Virus record (IMG/VR): IMGVR_UViG_3300047319_001872
Location: 248,001-312,000 of that record
Strand: one strand, 5' to 3'
DNA length: 64,000 nucleotides
Part shown: positions 54,368 through 63,801 of the stretch, piece by piece
Position numbering within the stretch: the stretch's first letter is position 1
Layout of the letters: every line of letters begins with the position of its first letter
Notes under the pieces: generated by a model
Databases searched by the model: none
Told to the model about the DNA's origin: nothing
What the model saw: only the letters and a program-made list of their open reading frames with translations
Translations under genes and position numbers: made by a program

Positions 54368-54649
54368 TTACTTGGTACAACGAGTAATGACCCCGCGCTT
54401 CTTGCGCTCTTGAACTGCCAAACGCAAGATGTCCACGCCCACAATCTTCTTGCAATACAGCTGCTGTCCCGAGTAAGTGGCAGCGATAAAACCATCATCG
54501 CCTGCGTAAACGATTTTTGATAGATACCCGTCGCGTACCAGGGTGTTCACGGCGAGTTTGTCCTCGACATCGTCTTTATGCAAAGGACCTTCCTCGACCA
54601 TTTTCACCATGATCGCGATGTGACTGGTCTCCAACTGTGTTGCGGACAT
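54368..54649 (-). CDS. Small hypothetical protein (possibly winged-helix)
   Basis: MSATQLETSH... starting at ATG 54649. Confidence 0.6.
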   Translation of the reverse strand: MSATQLETSHIAIMVKMVEEGPLHKDDVEDKLAVNTLVRDGYLSKIVYAGDDGFIAATYSGQQLYCKKIVGVDILRLAVQERKKRGVITRCTK

Positions 54650-54907
54650 TATAACCCCAAAAGTAGCGTATTGTTTCCTTTTCTCGAGTGGCCCGAAACC
54701 CCACTCATAACGATGCACTATTTAACGGCATATGGGGTCGATCACCCACCTCGCCCGGTACAGGACGCGGTCGGTGATCTTTTGCACCCCTCTCCAATTA
54801 ACAGTGAGAGAGGTGCTCGCCCAGACAGCTAGATAGGGTAAGGGTGCACCAAGTGAATCAGGTAAGCCGACGTGAATGTCCTGCTTTCTGCTTACCTGGG
54901 TCGAGTC

Positions 54908-57037
54908 TTAGTGCGAGTCTGACACGAGGCGTGTCAATTTGTCGTTCGAGAGATAAATCCCGAGCGTTTCGAGGATAATGTAAAATACGCGCGTAGCATC
55001 CGCGACGATCTTACGCACCCCAGCCACCTGGAGGATTTCAGTCGGAATCCCTTTAGTCTGGAGATTCTGTTCCGGCAATTGCACCGAGCCCACATAGCGC
55101 TTACCCATTCGCTTCATGTACGCTTCCATGCGACCTGCCAGTTCCCGATCCTCGAGCGACTCTAACCACTCACGGGTCTTAGTCGGTGTGTCCAGCTCAG
55201 TGGCAATCTTGACACAGGTGTACGGTACAGGGGGGGCGATACCGTACTTGGGACCAAACACCTCATTCCACATCACGTACTGCTGATACGGCGATTCATC
55301 CGCCGACTTCGCATACGAATCGGGCGTTTTAATCTGACCCATCCGGAAAAACTGATAGCCGCCTTCGCCGATCGCCGTAAAGATCTGGCGCTCGATGTCA
55401 GCAATCGTCTTCAGGATGTCGTGGATCTTGATCTTCTCACCCTTCAGGACCGAGTTCATGATAAAGAGCATCATCTTCTCGGCTTCCTTAATTACGAAGC
55501 GCGGGGCGTTCGACGCCTTCAAGTGCACACCCTTGATTTCCTTCTTGTACTCCTTGAAGAGGTTGCCTTCCTGGCAGCCAATCAAGGCGAAGTAGTGCTT
55601 GGCCACTTGGGTCGCGACAAACACATCGAACTTGAATTCGTTCTTCATGGCGACTTTGTGGATGTACTTCTCCACAATGCCAAAGTTCGCACTCATGCGC
55701 GCCAAGACGTGAATGATGGTCTGCGCAGCGAGGTACACCATCGACGCTGCCACCGCATTACACTTCTCGTCAAAACCGAGCCAGCCCTGATGCCAGAGCA
55801 CCCAATCTTGCACGGTAAAGATGGTCGAGTCCGTATCCGACGTAATCGCCGAACGACGAATCGAGTCGGGGAAGAACGCGAGCGAGGCCGGTACATTGGT
55901 CGTCACCCAGAAGGCCGCGATCAGGTCCCGATATTCTTCACCCACATCGCCGATGTTCTTGGCCGTCGAGGCCAGGATACCGCGCGCTTCGCCGACGATT
56001 TCATGCATCTGCAAGCCCTTGGTGTAGCGCTCACAGATTTGGGCTGCCAGGTGCACGTGTTCTTCTTGCACCGTCTTCAAGATGCTGTCCGGCTCCGGAT
56101 GCGGCACTTCCACCAGCATCGACAGCTTGCTGATGAACTTACGCACCACCTCGTCATTAAAACGCATCAGGTGGTACAAGTCACCCGTGTAGACAAAGGC
56201 GGAACGCTGCTCGGGCGAGAGCGTCTTCACCAGGTCATACACCTTTTTCATCTTGAACTTGTCGCGCACATAGAAGTTCGTCGAGTACATGATGCATTCC
56301 ATCGTCTCATCGACCGACGGATGACGAATGCCAAACTTCTGCATCGCCGCAGCTTGCGCTGCATAGTCCGTGTGGTTGATAATCGAGATGATATTCTGCA
56401 TGCAGATCTCGATCGACCAGTAATGGCGATTGCCCGAGAGGAACTTCTCGTTATTCGCATTACCAAAGCCCGAGGTCGAGCGACAGTTCGAGGTGAGCGT
56501 CGAGTGAGCGGTCTTATTGTACAGCGGGGTCGAAGGACTGACGTGCGCACCCGAGATCGAGTTATTCGCCAGCTTCTTATTGGTCTGCTCATTGTCCTTG
56601 ATCTGCATCAGGACGATGTCGCCTTCCATTTCCGCCTTGAACTTTGCCTTCTTTGCCACCCCCCGTGCTTTCACGTTGCCCTCGATGTAGTCGACGAGCG
56701 GTGACTGCTTCTGGTCCGGATGCAAATACGTGGTGAGCGTCGGCGCAATCAGTTCTTTGTTACGGATCGAATCATTCAGGTAGGCCTGCAGCGTGCCTTC
56801 CATCTGGACCCGGTCACCGTTGTCCTGACGCTCGAGGTAGACGATCTTCGGGTCCTTGAATTCAAACTGTCCGCCGGGACGCATCTCCGTTTTCACAAAG
56901 GTCGTGCAGTCCTCGATCGGTGCCCCCGTCATTTGATGCAAATAGGTCGCGCAGTCCTGGACATAATAGCCGAGGACGTTTAGATCGCGCTTGTACTGGG
57001 AAGGCGCCAGTACAAATGGGTTGTTCGCTTCTGACAC
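54908..57037 (-). CDS. Split family-B DNA polymerase, polymerase subunit (phiKZ gp50 equivalent)
   Basis: Motif B KKLANNSISG and motif C SDTDSTIF, plus EIKGVHLK. GTG start with RBS AGGAG. Confidence 0.9.
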   Translation of the reverse strand: MSEANNPFVLAPSQYKRDLNVLGYYVQDCATYLHQMTGAPIEDCTTFVKTEMRPGGQFEFKDPKIVYLERQDNGDRVQMEGTLQAYLNDSIRNKELIAPTLTTYLHPDQKQSPLVDYIEGNVKARGVAKKAKFKAEMEGDIVLMQIKDNEQTNKKLANNSISGAHVSPSTPLYNKTAHSTLTSNCRSTSGFGNANNEKFLSGNRHYWSIEICMQNIISIINHTDYAAQAAAMQKFGIRHPSVDETMECIMYSTNFYVRDKFKMKKVYDLVKTLSPEQRSAFVYTGDLYHLMRFNDEVVRKFISKLSMLVEVPHPEPDSILKTVQEEHVHLAAQICERYTKGLQMHEIVGEARGILASTAKNIGDVGEEYRDLIAAFWVTTNVPASLAFFPDSIRRSAITSDTDSTIFTVQDWVLWHQGWLGFDEKCNAVAASMVYLAAQTIIHVLARMSANFGIVEKYIHKVAMKNEFKFDVFVATQVAKHYFALIGCQEGNLFKEYKKEIKGVHLKASNAPRFVIKEAEKMMLFIMNSVLKGEKIKIHDILKTIADIERQIFTAIGEGGYQFFRMGQIKTPDSYAKSADESPYQQYVMWNEVFGPKYGIAPPVPYTCVKIATELDTPTKTREWLESLEDRELAGRMEAYMKRMGKRYVGSVQLPEQNLQTKGIPTEILQVAGVRKIVADATRVFYIILETLGIYLSNDKLTRLVSDSH

Positions 57038-57092
57038 TTTGTTTTACTCCTTGTCGACCTACATGATCAAGGAGCCCAATAAAAACGAATCA

Positions 57093-57145
57093 GCGGCATA
57101 AAAAGGAAAAAAGGGCGAGGAGCGGTTTCGGGCCGCCACCTCGCC
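57093..57145 (-). terminator. Intrinsic terminator
   Basis: GGCGAGG...GCGGT-TTCG-GGCCGC...CCTCGCC with a U-tract on the minus strand. Confidence 0.65.
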
Positions 57146-57604
57146 TAAATACAGGTCGTTACAAGTACCGAAAAGGAAAACCAGTCACTGAACATGCCCG
57201 ATCAATTCGGAGCCACAGAGACTCTACTACCACTACCACTTCAACCAAAATCGAGATAGACAGGGGCCAGCTTACTCTTAATCCACGCGATCGACCAACT
57301 TCCACAGGAGACTCCTATATTCGCCAAAGAGCGCTTGCGGAGGCGCAGAGCAGCGATAGGAGTAGGATCGATGTACGAGGAAACGCTGGTGCCAGGGGAA
57401 ACAAGGAGGAAACCCCAGCAGCGTGAATAAGCCAGCCCCGCGTCTAGGCATACGGCGCGGTAGCCCGCGGGAGGGCTCGCGCGAGAGTCCTTATCGGCAC
57501 CAGTCAGGAGGAGGTCTGCTGTCGATGAGGGTACAGGCTTGCCGGGCCTTTCTCTTCAGAACATTACGGATGGGCGATATAAATTAACTAGGGTAAACCC
57601 ACGT

Positions 57605-58006
57605 TTACTTGATCGCTACCGTAACGAAGTTGTAACCGTTGGCGGCCAAAATAGCCTGAACCTTCGGAATGTCCTGCGGGGTCACCTGGGCGATGGTCGC
57701 CGTGATGGTCTGCGCTGTGACGAGCGTCACGGACGAGTCGTCAATCCATGCCACACCCAGAATTTGGGTGTTGCCGTTTTGCGTCTTGACCTTGATGTAC
57801 AGGTACGCGGCCGGATCGTTCGGCGTGTGGGTCTGCGGACCGAAGAACGGATAGAACTGCACGTGCAAGGACGTCATGTCTTCGTCCTTCATCGCGTCTT
57901 CGTACGACATCACCGAGGTGACCTTGACGTTCTGCCAGTCGCTGCCCAGCAGAGGCGGATAGACGTTAAACGAGTACGTCTGCCCGATAGCAAAATTGTA
58001 AGCCAT
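57605..58006 (-). CDS. Conserved chimallivirus protein (small beta-barrel-like)
   Basis: MAYNFAIGQTYSFNVYP... starting at ATG 58006. Confidence 0.7.
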   Translation of the reverse strand: MAYNFAIGQTYSFNVYPPLLGSDWQNVKVTSVMSYEDAMKDEDMTSLHVQFYPFFGPQTHTPNDPAAYLYIKVKTQNGNTQILGVAWIDDSSVTLVTAQTITATIAQVTPQDIPKVQAILAANGYNFVTVAIK

Positions 58007-58040
58007 GGTTTCCCGTGCCCAAATGAACAAAAAAAAAAGA

Positions 58041-58442
58041 TCAGAAGGGCAGGTGATCCAAAATCACGTCGTCACCGAGAAACTGGTGGACGTAGTACGG
58101 GAAGCCGTAGCCGCTACCGGCCGCTCCTGTACGTAGTCCACGCAATCCCTCGAGACGCGCGTACACACTCTGTGCCAGATTTTGAACCGCTGCCCGCAAT
58201 CGCTGATACTCGCTAGACGCCGTGTTTTCATAAACCGGGTCTACTATACGATTGGTAATGGGCAGCGCCTCGAGTCGGGCAGGACCGTTTGCTGAATAGT
58301 CCAAAAACACTTCGAAGATCTGCGTGATGATTTCGCGCTTATCGTTGAAGTGAATAGGCAAACCTTGCACTTCAAACAGAAACTGCGCCCAGAGATCCGC
58401 CGTCTCAACGATCATGAGTCTGCTGTAATGCTCGTTTGCCAT
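58041..58442 (-). CDS. Paralog-array protein
   Basis: MANEHYSRLMIVE... starting at ATG 58442. C-terminal FPYYVHQFLGDDVIL. Confidence 0.65.
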   Translation of the reverse strand: MANEHYSRLMIVETADLWAQFLFEVQGLPIHFNDKREIITQIFEVFLDYSANGPARLEALPITNRIVDPVYENTASSEYQRLRAAVQNLAQSVYARLEGLRGLRTGAAGSGYGFPYYVHQFLGDDVILDHLPF

Positions 58443-58449
58443 AGTCAAT

Positions 58450-58893
58450 TCACAGGTTAGGGATGTGCTCAGCATGCAGGTGTCGCAGCACCATGTCACG
58501 ACCGAGCCAGTCGTGGAACTGATAATACAGGTAACCGTTCTGGTAGGCCCGCATCATGCGCAGCTTCTCGAGCACCTCTTCGCCAAAGCGATTCAAGAGC
58601 CCGGCAAAACGCCGATACGAGTCCTCGCACGAGGAACCCAATTCATTCAGGAACATCTCGGCACAGGCGAAGTTCAACTCATCACGGGCTGTGCGCTCGT
58701 AGTGGATCGACTCCATCACGATCTGGGCGACCATGTCCATCACCGTGTGGGGAAACTTATCCACCAGCATGACGGGCGTATCCGGAATCAATGACTCCAG
58801 ATCTCGAGCTTTCCACAGCAGCGTGGCCAACTCAGAGTCGGTATCCAGAACCAAAAAGGTCGAAGGAGGCTGGCGGTTGACCGAACTCCTCAA
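58450..58893 (-). CDS. Paralog-array protein (start uncertain)
   Basis: C-terminal YLYYQFHDWLGRDMVL. TTG 58893 is the nearest plausible start and overlaps the upstream gene. Confidence 0.55.
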   Translation of the reverse strand: MRSSVNRQPPSTFLVLDTDSELATLLWKARDLESLIPDTPVMLVDKFPHTVMDMVAQIVMESIHYERTARDELNFACAEMFLNELGSSCEDSYRRFAGLLNRFGEEVLEKLRMMRAYQNGYLYYQFHDWLGRDMVLRHLHAEHIPNL

Positions 58894-59287
58894 AATCGGC
58901 CTTGGCAAACCGGACAAGATGGTCACTGTGGACCTCCGCAAAAAGATAGGGAAAATAGCCGTCAGGCGGCAGATAAGCGTTGTACTCAAAGCGCAACCGA
59001 TCTCGCATGGCGAGTCCCATCTTCATCACGGCTTCAAACATATCGCGATGAGGACCACGGGGAATATCGGCTTCCTCGATGCGGAACTCCTGGTAGCCGC
59101 AGTCGTATGCCAGTACGATCGCCACTTCCGTGAGCTCAGACTCTGCACAATCATACACGCTAATTGCGCCAAACACGCTCGCCAGCACTTCGCTCAAATC
59201 AAAGGGCGGACGAAAAGGCTGGGTCGCCACGCGCAGAAACCCATGGATCTCTTGCGTGAAGTCGATCAATAGGTTTTCAGTATACAC
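58832..59287 (-). CDS. Paralog-array protein
   Basis: GTG 59287 (VYTENLLIDFTQEIHGFL). C-terminal GYFPYLFAEVHSDHLV. Confidence 0.6.
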   Translation of the reverse strand: MYTENLLIDFTQEIHGFLRVATQPFRPPFDLSEVLASVFGAISVYDCAESELTEVAIVLAYDCGYQEFRIEEADIPRGPHRDMFEAVMKMGLAMRDRLRFEYNAYLPPDGYFPYLFAEVHSDHLVRFAKADFEEFGQPPASFDLFGSGYRL

Positions 59288-59762
59288 GGCGTTTTCCCCA
59301 ATTGTTGGTGAGGACCTCGATACCCACCACCAGATCTCGACCGATCCAGCGCGGACTTTGGTCATCGATCTGGTAAGGTCGAGTGCTAAAGAGATCTTGC
59401 ATGATGAGCAATACTTGCTCTTCAATGGATTGCGTGATCATCTCCAGCTCACCCACCCGGCTCATGTATTCGCTTAAGTCCACGGACGTATGTTTGATAC
59501 GGCCCGTACGCTCATCGAACTGTTCATGACGCCGGTTAACGTAACTGTCAAACTTCTTCAACACGAAATCCACCAACTCACTGTGGTGATGCTGCAGCGA
59601 GCGCTGGTACTCAGTGTACGGCGAGGTTTCCTGAAACGACGTACCCAAGACTGCATTCTTCACGACGGAATGCACACCGCCCTTCAGAAAGAGCTTGAAC
59701 AACTCATCGTACACCATGGATTCCGTGATCAGATCACACGTCGGCAATATGAAAACGGACAT
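59277..59762 (-). CDS. Paralog-array protein
   Basis: 161 aa with RBS AAGGA. C-terminal RWIGRDLVV. Confidence 0.65.
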   Translation of the reverse strand: MSVFILPTCDLITESMVYDELFKLFLKGGVHSVVKNAVLGTSFQETSPYTEYQRSLQHHHSELVDFVLKKFDSYVNRRHEQFDERTGRIKHTSVDLSEYMSRVGELEMITQSIEEQVLLIMQDLFSTRPYQIDDQSPRWIGRDLVVGIEVLTNNWGKRRVY

Positions 59763-59800
59763 GGTTGCTATTCCTTGTTTCGATTGTAATGACCTGTTAC

Positions 59801-60268
59801 TTATAGTCGTACGGGCGCGTTGATGAGATCTTCCATCGGGAGGCGTTCAATCGTGTCCATGTAGTTCGGGAATTCCGTCACCACCACATCCCACGAGCCC
59901 GTAAGATCAGCGTACGCCTGGGTCGACGTATCGTTTATTTTCAGGTGCGGCAACACCGCGCCGATGTAATCGACGATCATGTCAAACGCACGGTTGCATA
60001 ACTGGTGCGCGGCATTATGATTCATGCCCGAATTCTGCAACAGGGCTTTGGCCGCGACCAGGTATTCGGAAGGATGCGCCTCACACGTGTTGTCAAACAC
60101 GTCCTTGAGCAAGGCTTCCAGGAGCGGGCCACTGTCGTAGCTTCTCCAGTTCGGATCAAGTGCGGCTTCCGGATTGCGTGGGTTACGCTTGCGTGCTTGA
60201 TACAGAGCCAGCTCGCGTTGCACGAACATGCCCACATCCAGCAGCGAAATCACCGTACTGCTTTTCAT
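59801..60268 (-). CDS. Conserved hypothetical protein (paralog array)
   Basis: 155 aa. Confidence 0.65.
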   Translation of the reverse strand: MKSSTVISLLDVGMFVQRELALYQARKRNPRNPEAALDPNWRSYDSGPLLEALLKDVFDNTCEAHPSEYLVAAKALLQNSGMNHNAAHQLCNRAFDMIVDYIGAVLPHLKINDTSTQAYADLTGSWDVVVTEFPNYMDTIERLPMEDLINAPVRL

Positions 60269-60295
60269 CTCTACTCATCCCCGCCACGCGCTCTG

Positions 60296-61105
60296 TTAAT
60301 CTTCAAAATCGCGGCCGTGCTCCATCATCCACGAATAGATCCGATAGTCGATGGTCTTTTCCACCCGCACCACCGTGTTATCCACTTTCATGAAGTGCAT
60401 GATCCAGCGATCTTGTCCCAAGAAGTCTGTCAACTGATGTAGCATGTCGCTCAATTGCAGCGTGATGCTCTCACAGATCTCCTGCGACGCGTAAAAAAGT
60501 TGCTTGTCCTGTTCCGAGATGCGCGCGCGGCCCAGGTCATCCGTGGGTTCATGCTCCACGGCGACGATGTTGCCGGTTTCCCCCCAGCTAAAATTGGCGT
60601 CATTCGGATCTTTCGGATACTGGAACACCGAATCGACCGTGATGCCCGAGCGCTGGAACTGCTCGAAAAGAAACGGACGGATCACCGCGTCGAAATTCAG
60701 CTTCTTGTGGCCGCGACGAATCCGGCCTTGGCTGGACCACTTCGCATGGTTGATCACCATGTGGTCAATCAGCTCGATGAGCAAATTGCGTGCGCGCAGT
60801 GAAAAGCGTGACTGCGGCTTCAGATACGGCAGATGCACCTTGGGTACGACCAGATCGGCTTTCGCATCGTAGACTTCGTCGCGCAACGGCAACTCGAAAG
60901 ACGTAATCGGGATCGGTGTGGCGACATTGTTGACCGCTTCACCTGCGTAGAAATACGGCTGTCCCGCGACCATCACCGGCTCACACTGAGTCGGCAGGTA
61001 CAAGCCTTCCGGATTGGGCAACATGTAGGGACCTGCGGCAGCTTCCACCGCGTCGACCCAGTCTCCCAGATCCAGCACCAGCGTTCCAGTGATTTTCAGT
61101 TCCAT
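60296..61105 (-). CDS. Conserved chimallivirus protein
   Basis: MELKITGTLVLD... starting at ATG 61105. LYLPTQCEPVM and IDYRIYSW motifs. Confidence 0.7.
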   Translation of the reverse strand: MELKITGTLVLDLGDWVDAVEAAAGPYMLPNPEGLYLPTQCEPVMVAGQPYFYAGEAVNNVATPIPITSFELPLRDEVYDAKADLVVPKVHLPYLKPQSRFSLRARNLLIELIDHMVINHAKWSSQGRIRRGHKKLNFDAVIRPFLFEQFQRSGITVDSVFQYPKDPNDANFSWGETGNIVAVEHEPTDDLGRARISEQDKQLFYASQEICESITLQLSDMLHQLTDFLGQDRWIMHFMKVDNTVVRVEKTIDYRIYSWMMEHGRDFED

Positions 61106-61503
61106 TTTCTTTGGTAGTCGTAGTTCGTATTGGCAGGGCGATTGTGCACGTAGTACCACATGTACAAGTCAATCCCGCGGATTTCTAAGTCGATGAAGCA
61201 GTTGTCGCCGTACAGCTGCGGCACCTTGATGTATTGGCCGGTGTAGTAATCCAGGTCCAACTCGGAGCGGATCTGGGCATGCAGTCGGGCAAAGCGCCAG
61301 TCCTGCGGGTCGTGGTTCACCGAGAACAAATGATACACCTGCTCAATCTGTTCTTTGACGATCCATTCGATTAAGCGCTCTTCAGTCAACCCGGAGAAGA
61401 TCAGTTGACTCGCAACTGCCCTCGTAGCGCCCTTTAAGACGCTCAGGAAGTCATGGATCTCCTGGATCAATAGCGCCCTAGGTTCGACGGTTAAGAGGTT
61501 CAT
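61096..61503 (-). CDS. Paralog-array protein
   Basis: 135 aa with RBS AAGGAG. LLIQEIHDFL motif. Confidence 0.7.
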   Translation of the reverse strand: MNLLTVEPRALLIQEIHDFLSVLKGATRAVASQLIFSGLTEERLIEWIVKEQIEQVYHLFSVNHDPQDWRFARLHAQIRSELDLDYYTGQYIKVPQLYGDNCFIDLEIRGIDLYMWYYVHNRPANTNYDYQRKWN

Positions 61504-61560
61504 GGCGGCTCCTTATACACAGTATCCAGCGGCTACGTTTGTTTTGACTATTTGTGTAAC

Positions 61561-61622
61561 TGCGGCATAAAAAAATAATCAGTCCCTTTTGCACCCTCCC
61601 GTAGGAAGGCATAAAAGGGACT
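61561..61622 (-). terminator. Hairpin plus U-tract
   Basis: AGTCCCTTTT...AAAAGGGACT stem, followed on the minus strand by TTTTTTATGCCGC. Confidence 0.65.
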
Positions 61623-62243
61623 CGCCTCGTCCGATGCTCACCCAAACAGCTACCCGTAAAACGGACTGTGGTATTGTTGCGGTCGGAACTGAGGCGGTCT
61701 GGACATCTCAAGCTGCGAGCCAAGTGTTAGGCCCTAGTGCTAATTTTTAGACAGTCCATGGACCTCTAAACAATTGCTTCGGGTACTCCCTTGAAAACTG
61801 TCGCACTTATTGCCTCCTGCGCACCAGTAGGCGGCAGGCCATTACTCACGGAATGTAAAAGACCCTAGCCCCCGATGCACCCCCTGCGCCTGATGCGCGG
61901 TTCGGCTGGAATGGGACTAAAGTCTGCGCATGGCCAAATCATCGGTCCGAGTCAACGGGCCAAGCGCATCGCCTCAATGGCTGAAGGTACTACGAGCACC
62001 CTTAGCTCGCGTTGCCTTCCCCAGCTGGGGACGTCGCGCATGATGTCTATTCACCCTCGCATGCGCCTGCAAGGGTGAGGACCGATGAACTTTACGAGTG
62101 GCGGCGGCCTGAATGGACGGGAACCACGAAAAATCGTGATAGATAAACCGTCCAAAGTCAGACCACCACCACCGGGCCAGAGAGCTGATCTGGCTAAACA
62201 TCGGTTCTTATTGCTTTCCTTATCGTGTCGTCCAGCGTTGTTG

Positions 62244-63248
62244 TTAGAGGATCAGCCCCGTTTCATCCGCACGGTCGCCTGCGCCCAGAATGGACTTGTG
62301 CGCGACGCGCGACTGCTGTTCCTCGCTCAGGTGCGAGAGCACCTTTTGCACGTTGGCCACGGCTTCGTGGATCACCCGGTCGCCCGTGATGTAATGCACC
62401 GGCGATTCCTTGGCGATGTTCTCGGGCATGTCGGCCGGGAACAGTCCGAGAAAGCGCACTTCGGGCATGAACGGTAGCGTCGCATCAGCGCCCGCTTTCG
62501 CCAGCGTCGCAACGCTGATGACATTGCCCACGTGAGCGTGCGATTCGCCGTTCTTGACGATGTGCAGGCCTGCGAGCATCGGCTGCTTGAAGGTGGTGAC
62601 CTTGTCGAAGCGCAACCAGTTGTAGAGGTCACGTGTATCGAGCTCGGTGTTCTCGCGGCTAAAGAGCGCAGCGAGGCCGACCACGACGGTTTCGATTTCA
62701 GCGTCCACCGCAGCGCGCGGGGTGTCTTGCGTGTTCTGCAGATAGGCGATGACGATCGGGGCGCCCGCGGCCTTGGCGATGGCTTCGTAGGACTTGATCG
62801 TGTTGAGCGTGTTCTCCGCGTACAGCCGGGTCGAGGCATCGCCCACCATGACCACCACCACCGGCACGTCACGTGCGAGCAGCTCTTGCGTAAGAATCGG
62901 GCCGATCACCGAACCCGAACCACCCGACGCCGAATGCAACACCAGTGCCAGGTTACCCGGCTTGTGCGCGTGCAGGATTTCCTTGACGCGTTCCTTCACG
63001 ACAGCGGCATGTTCGCGGCGCACTTGTCCAGAACCGTCGAGGCCCTGGAAGTGGTAGATCGCGTTCGCATCGATGTTCGCGTTGAGCATGTTCGACTTGC
63101 TGGTGTCGATATACGTCGGCTCGACGACAGCCATGCCAGCTTGTGCTTTACCGCGGTACTTCTCGAAGCGCGTCGCAATGTTCGTGCCAGCTCCGCCCGC
63201 TGCGTAGATGCTGATACGACCTTTGACTTTCTCGATGATTTCGGACAT
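62244..63248 (-). CDS. phuZ: Phage tubulin PhuZ
   Basis: GGAGTNIA and the tubulin signature SASGGSGS, GLDGSG, and a C-terminal ...ETGLIL tail. Confidence 0.95.
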   Translation of the reverse strand: MSEIIEKVKGRISIYAAGGAGTNIATRFEKYRGKAQAGMAVVEPTYIDTSKSNMLNANIDANAIYHFQGLDGSGQVRREHAAVVKERVKEILHAHKPGNLALVLHSASGGSGSVIGPILTQELLARDVPVVVVMVGDASTRLYAENTLNTIKSYEAIAKAAGAPIVIAYLQNTQDTPRAAVDAEIETVVVGLAALFSRENTELDTRDLYNWLRFDKVTTFKQPMLAGLHIVKNGESHAHVGNVISVATLAKAGADATLPFMPEVRFLGLFPADMPENIAKESPVHYITGDRVIHEAVANVQKVLSHLSEEQQSRVAHKSILGAGDRADETGLIL

Positions 63249-63334
63249 GTTTCTTTCCTAGTTTTTTCAAATTGAAGCACTCCTACATAGTAGGGGATGT
63301 GCTCGTAAAAAATGCCCGTGGTGAAACGGGCACC

Positions 63335-63745
63335 TTAGACTGCAACCGCTTCCGAGCTCAGGACGTCAGCCGTGATGATGAGGGTCGACATCGGCTTGTG
63401 TTCAGCGATGAAGAACTCTTCAAACTTCGATTCATGGAAGTGCATTTCGAGCGGGGTGAGTTCCGTCGATTGGCGATCCTTCGCGTTCAGGTAGTCAAAC
63501 ACCTTGCGCTTGGAACCGGCCCACAGCACGCCAGCTTCGAGTTCGCCCTTGAAAGTCTTGTTTGCGCCATCAGCCATCGATGCGCGAAATCCTTCAATCA
63601 CGAAGTCACCGTTGGCGTTTTGCGACACACGGTACAGGATAGTAGCGCCATCGGTGGACACTTCGTCCACCACATAGTGCTTGTTCATGTACACGAGAGC
63701 GGAGAGGTTAGCTGCGTAAGCCTTGATGTTAGCAACGTTGTTCAT
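63335..63745 (-). CDS. Hypothetical early protein
   Basis: 136 aa with RBS AGGAG, downstream of a bipartite early promoter. Confidence 0.7.
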   Translation of the reverse strand: MNNVANIKAYAANLSALVYMNKHYVVDEVSTDGATILYRVSQNANGDFVIEGFRASMADGANKTFKGELEAGVLWAGSKRKVFDYLNAKDRQSTELTPLEMHFHESKFEEFFIAEHKPMSTLIITADVLSSEAVAV

Positions 63746-63801
63746 GGTAATGCTCCTGATAGGTTAGATAATCTTAGAAGCTTCTGCTTCTGTCTACGTG
63801 C

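Noticed and set aside
61625-62240. tRNA or tmRNA, and the short ORFs 61875..62078, 61974..62201 and 62085..62477
   Set aside because: I could not find a cloverleaf with a T-loop GTTCRA and matching acceptor stem. The ORFs lack RBSs and phage-like composition.
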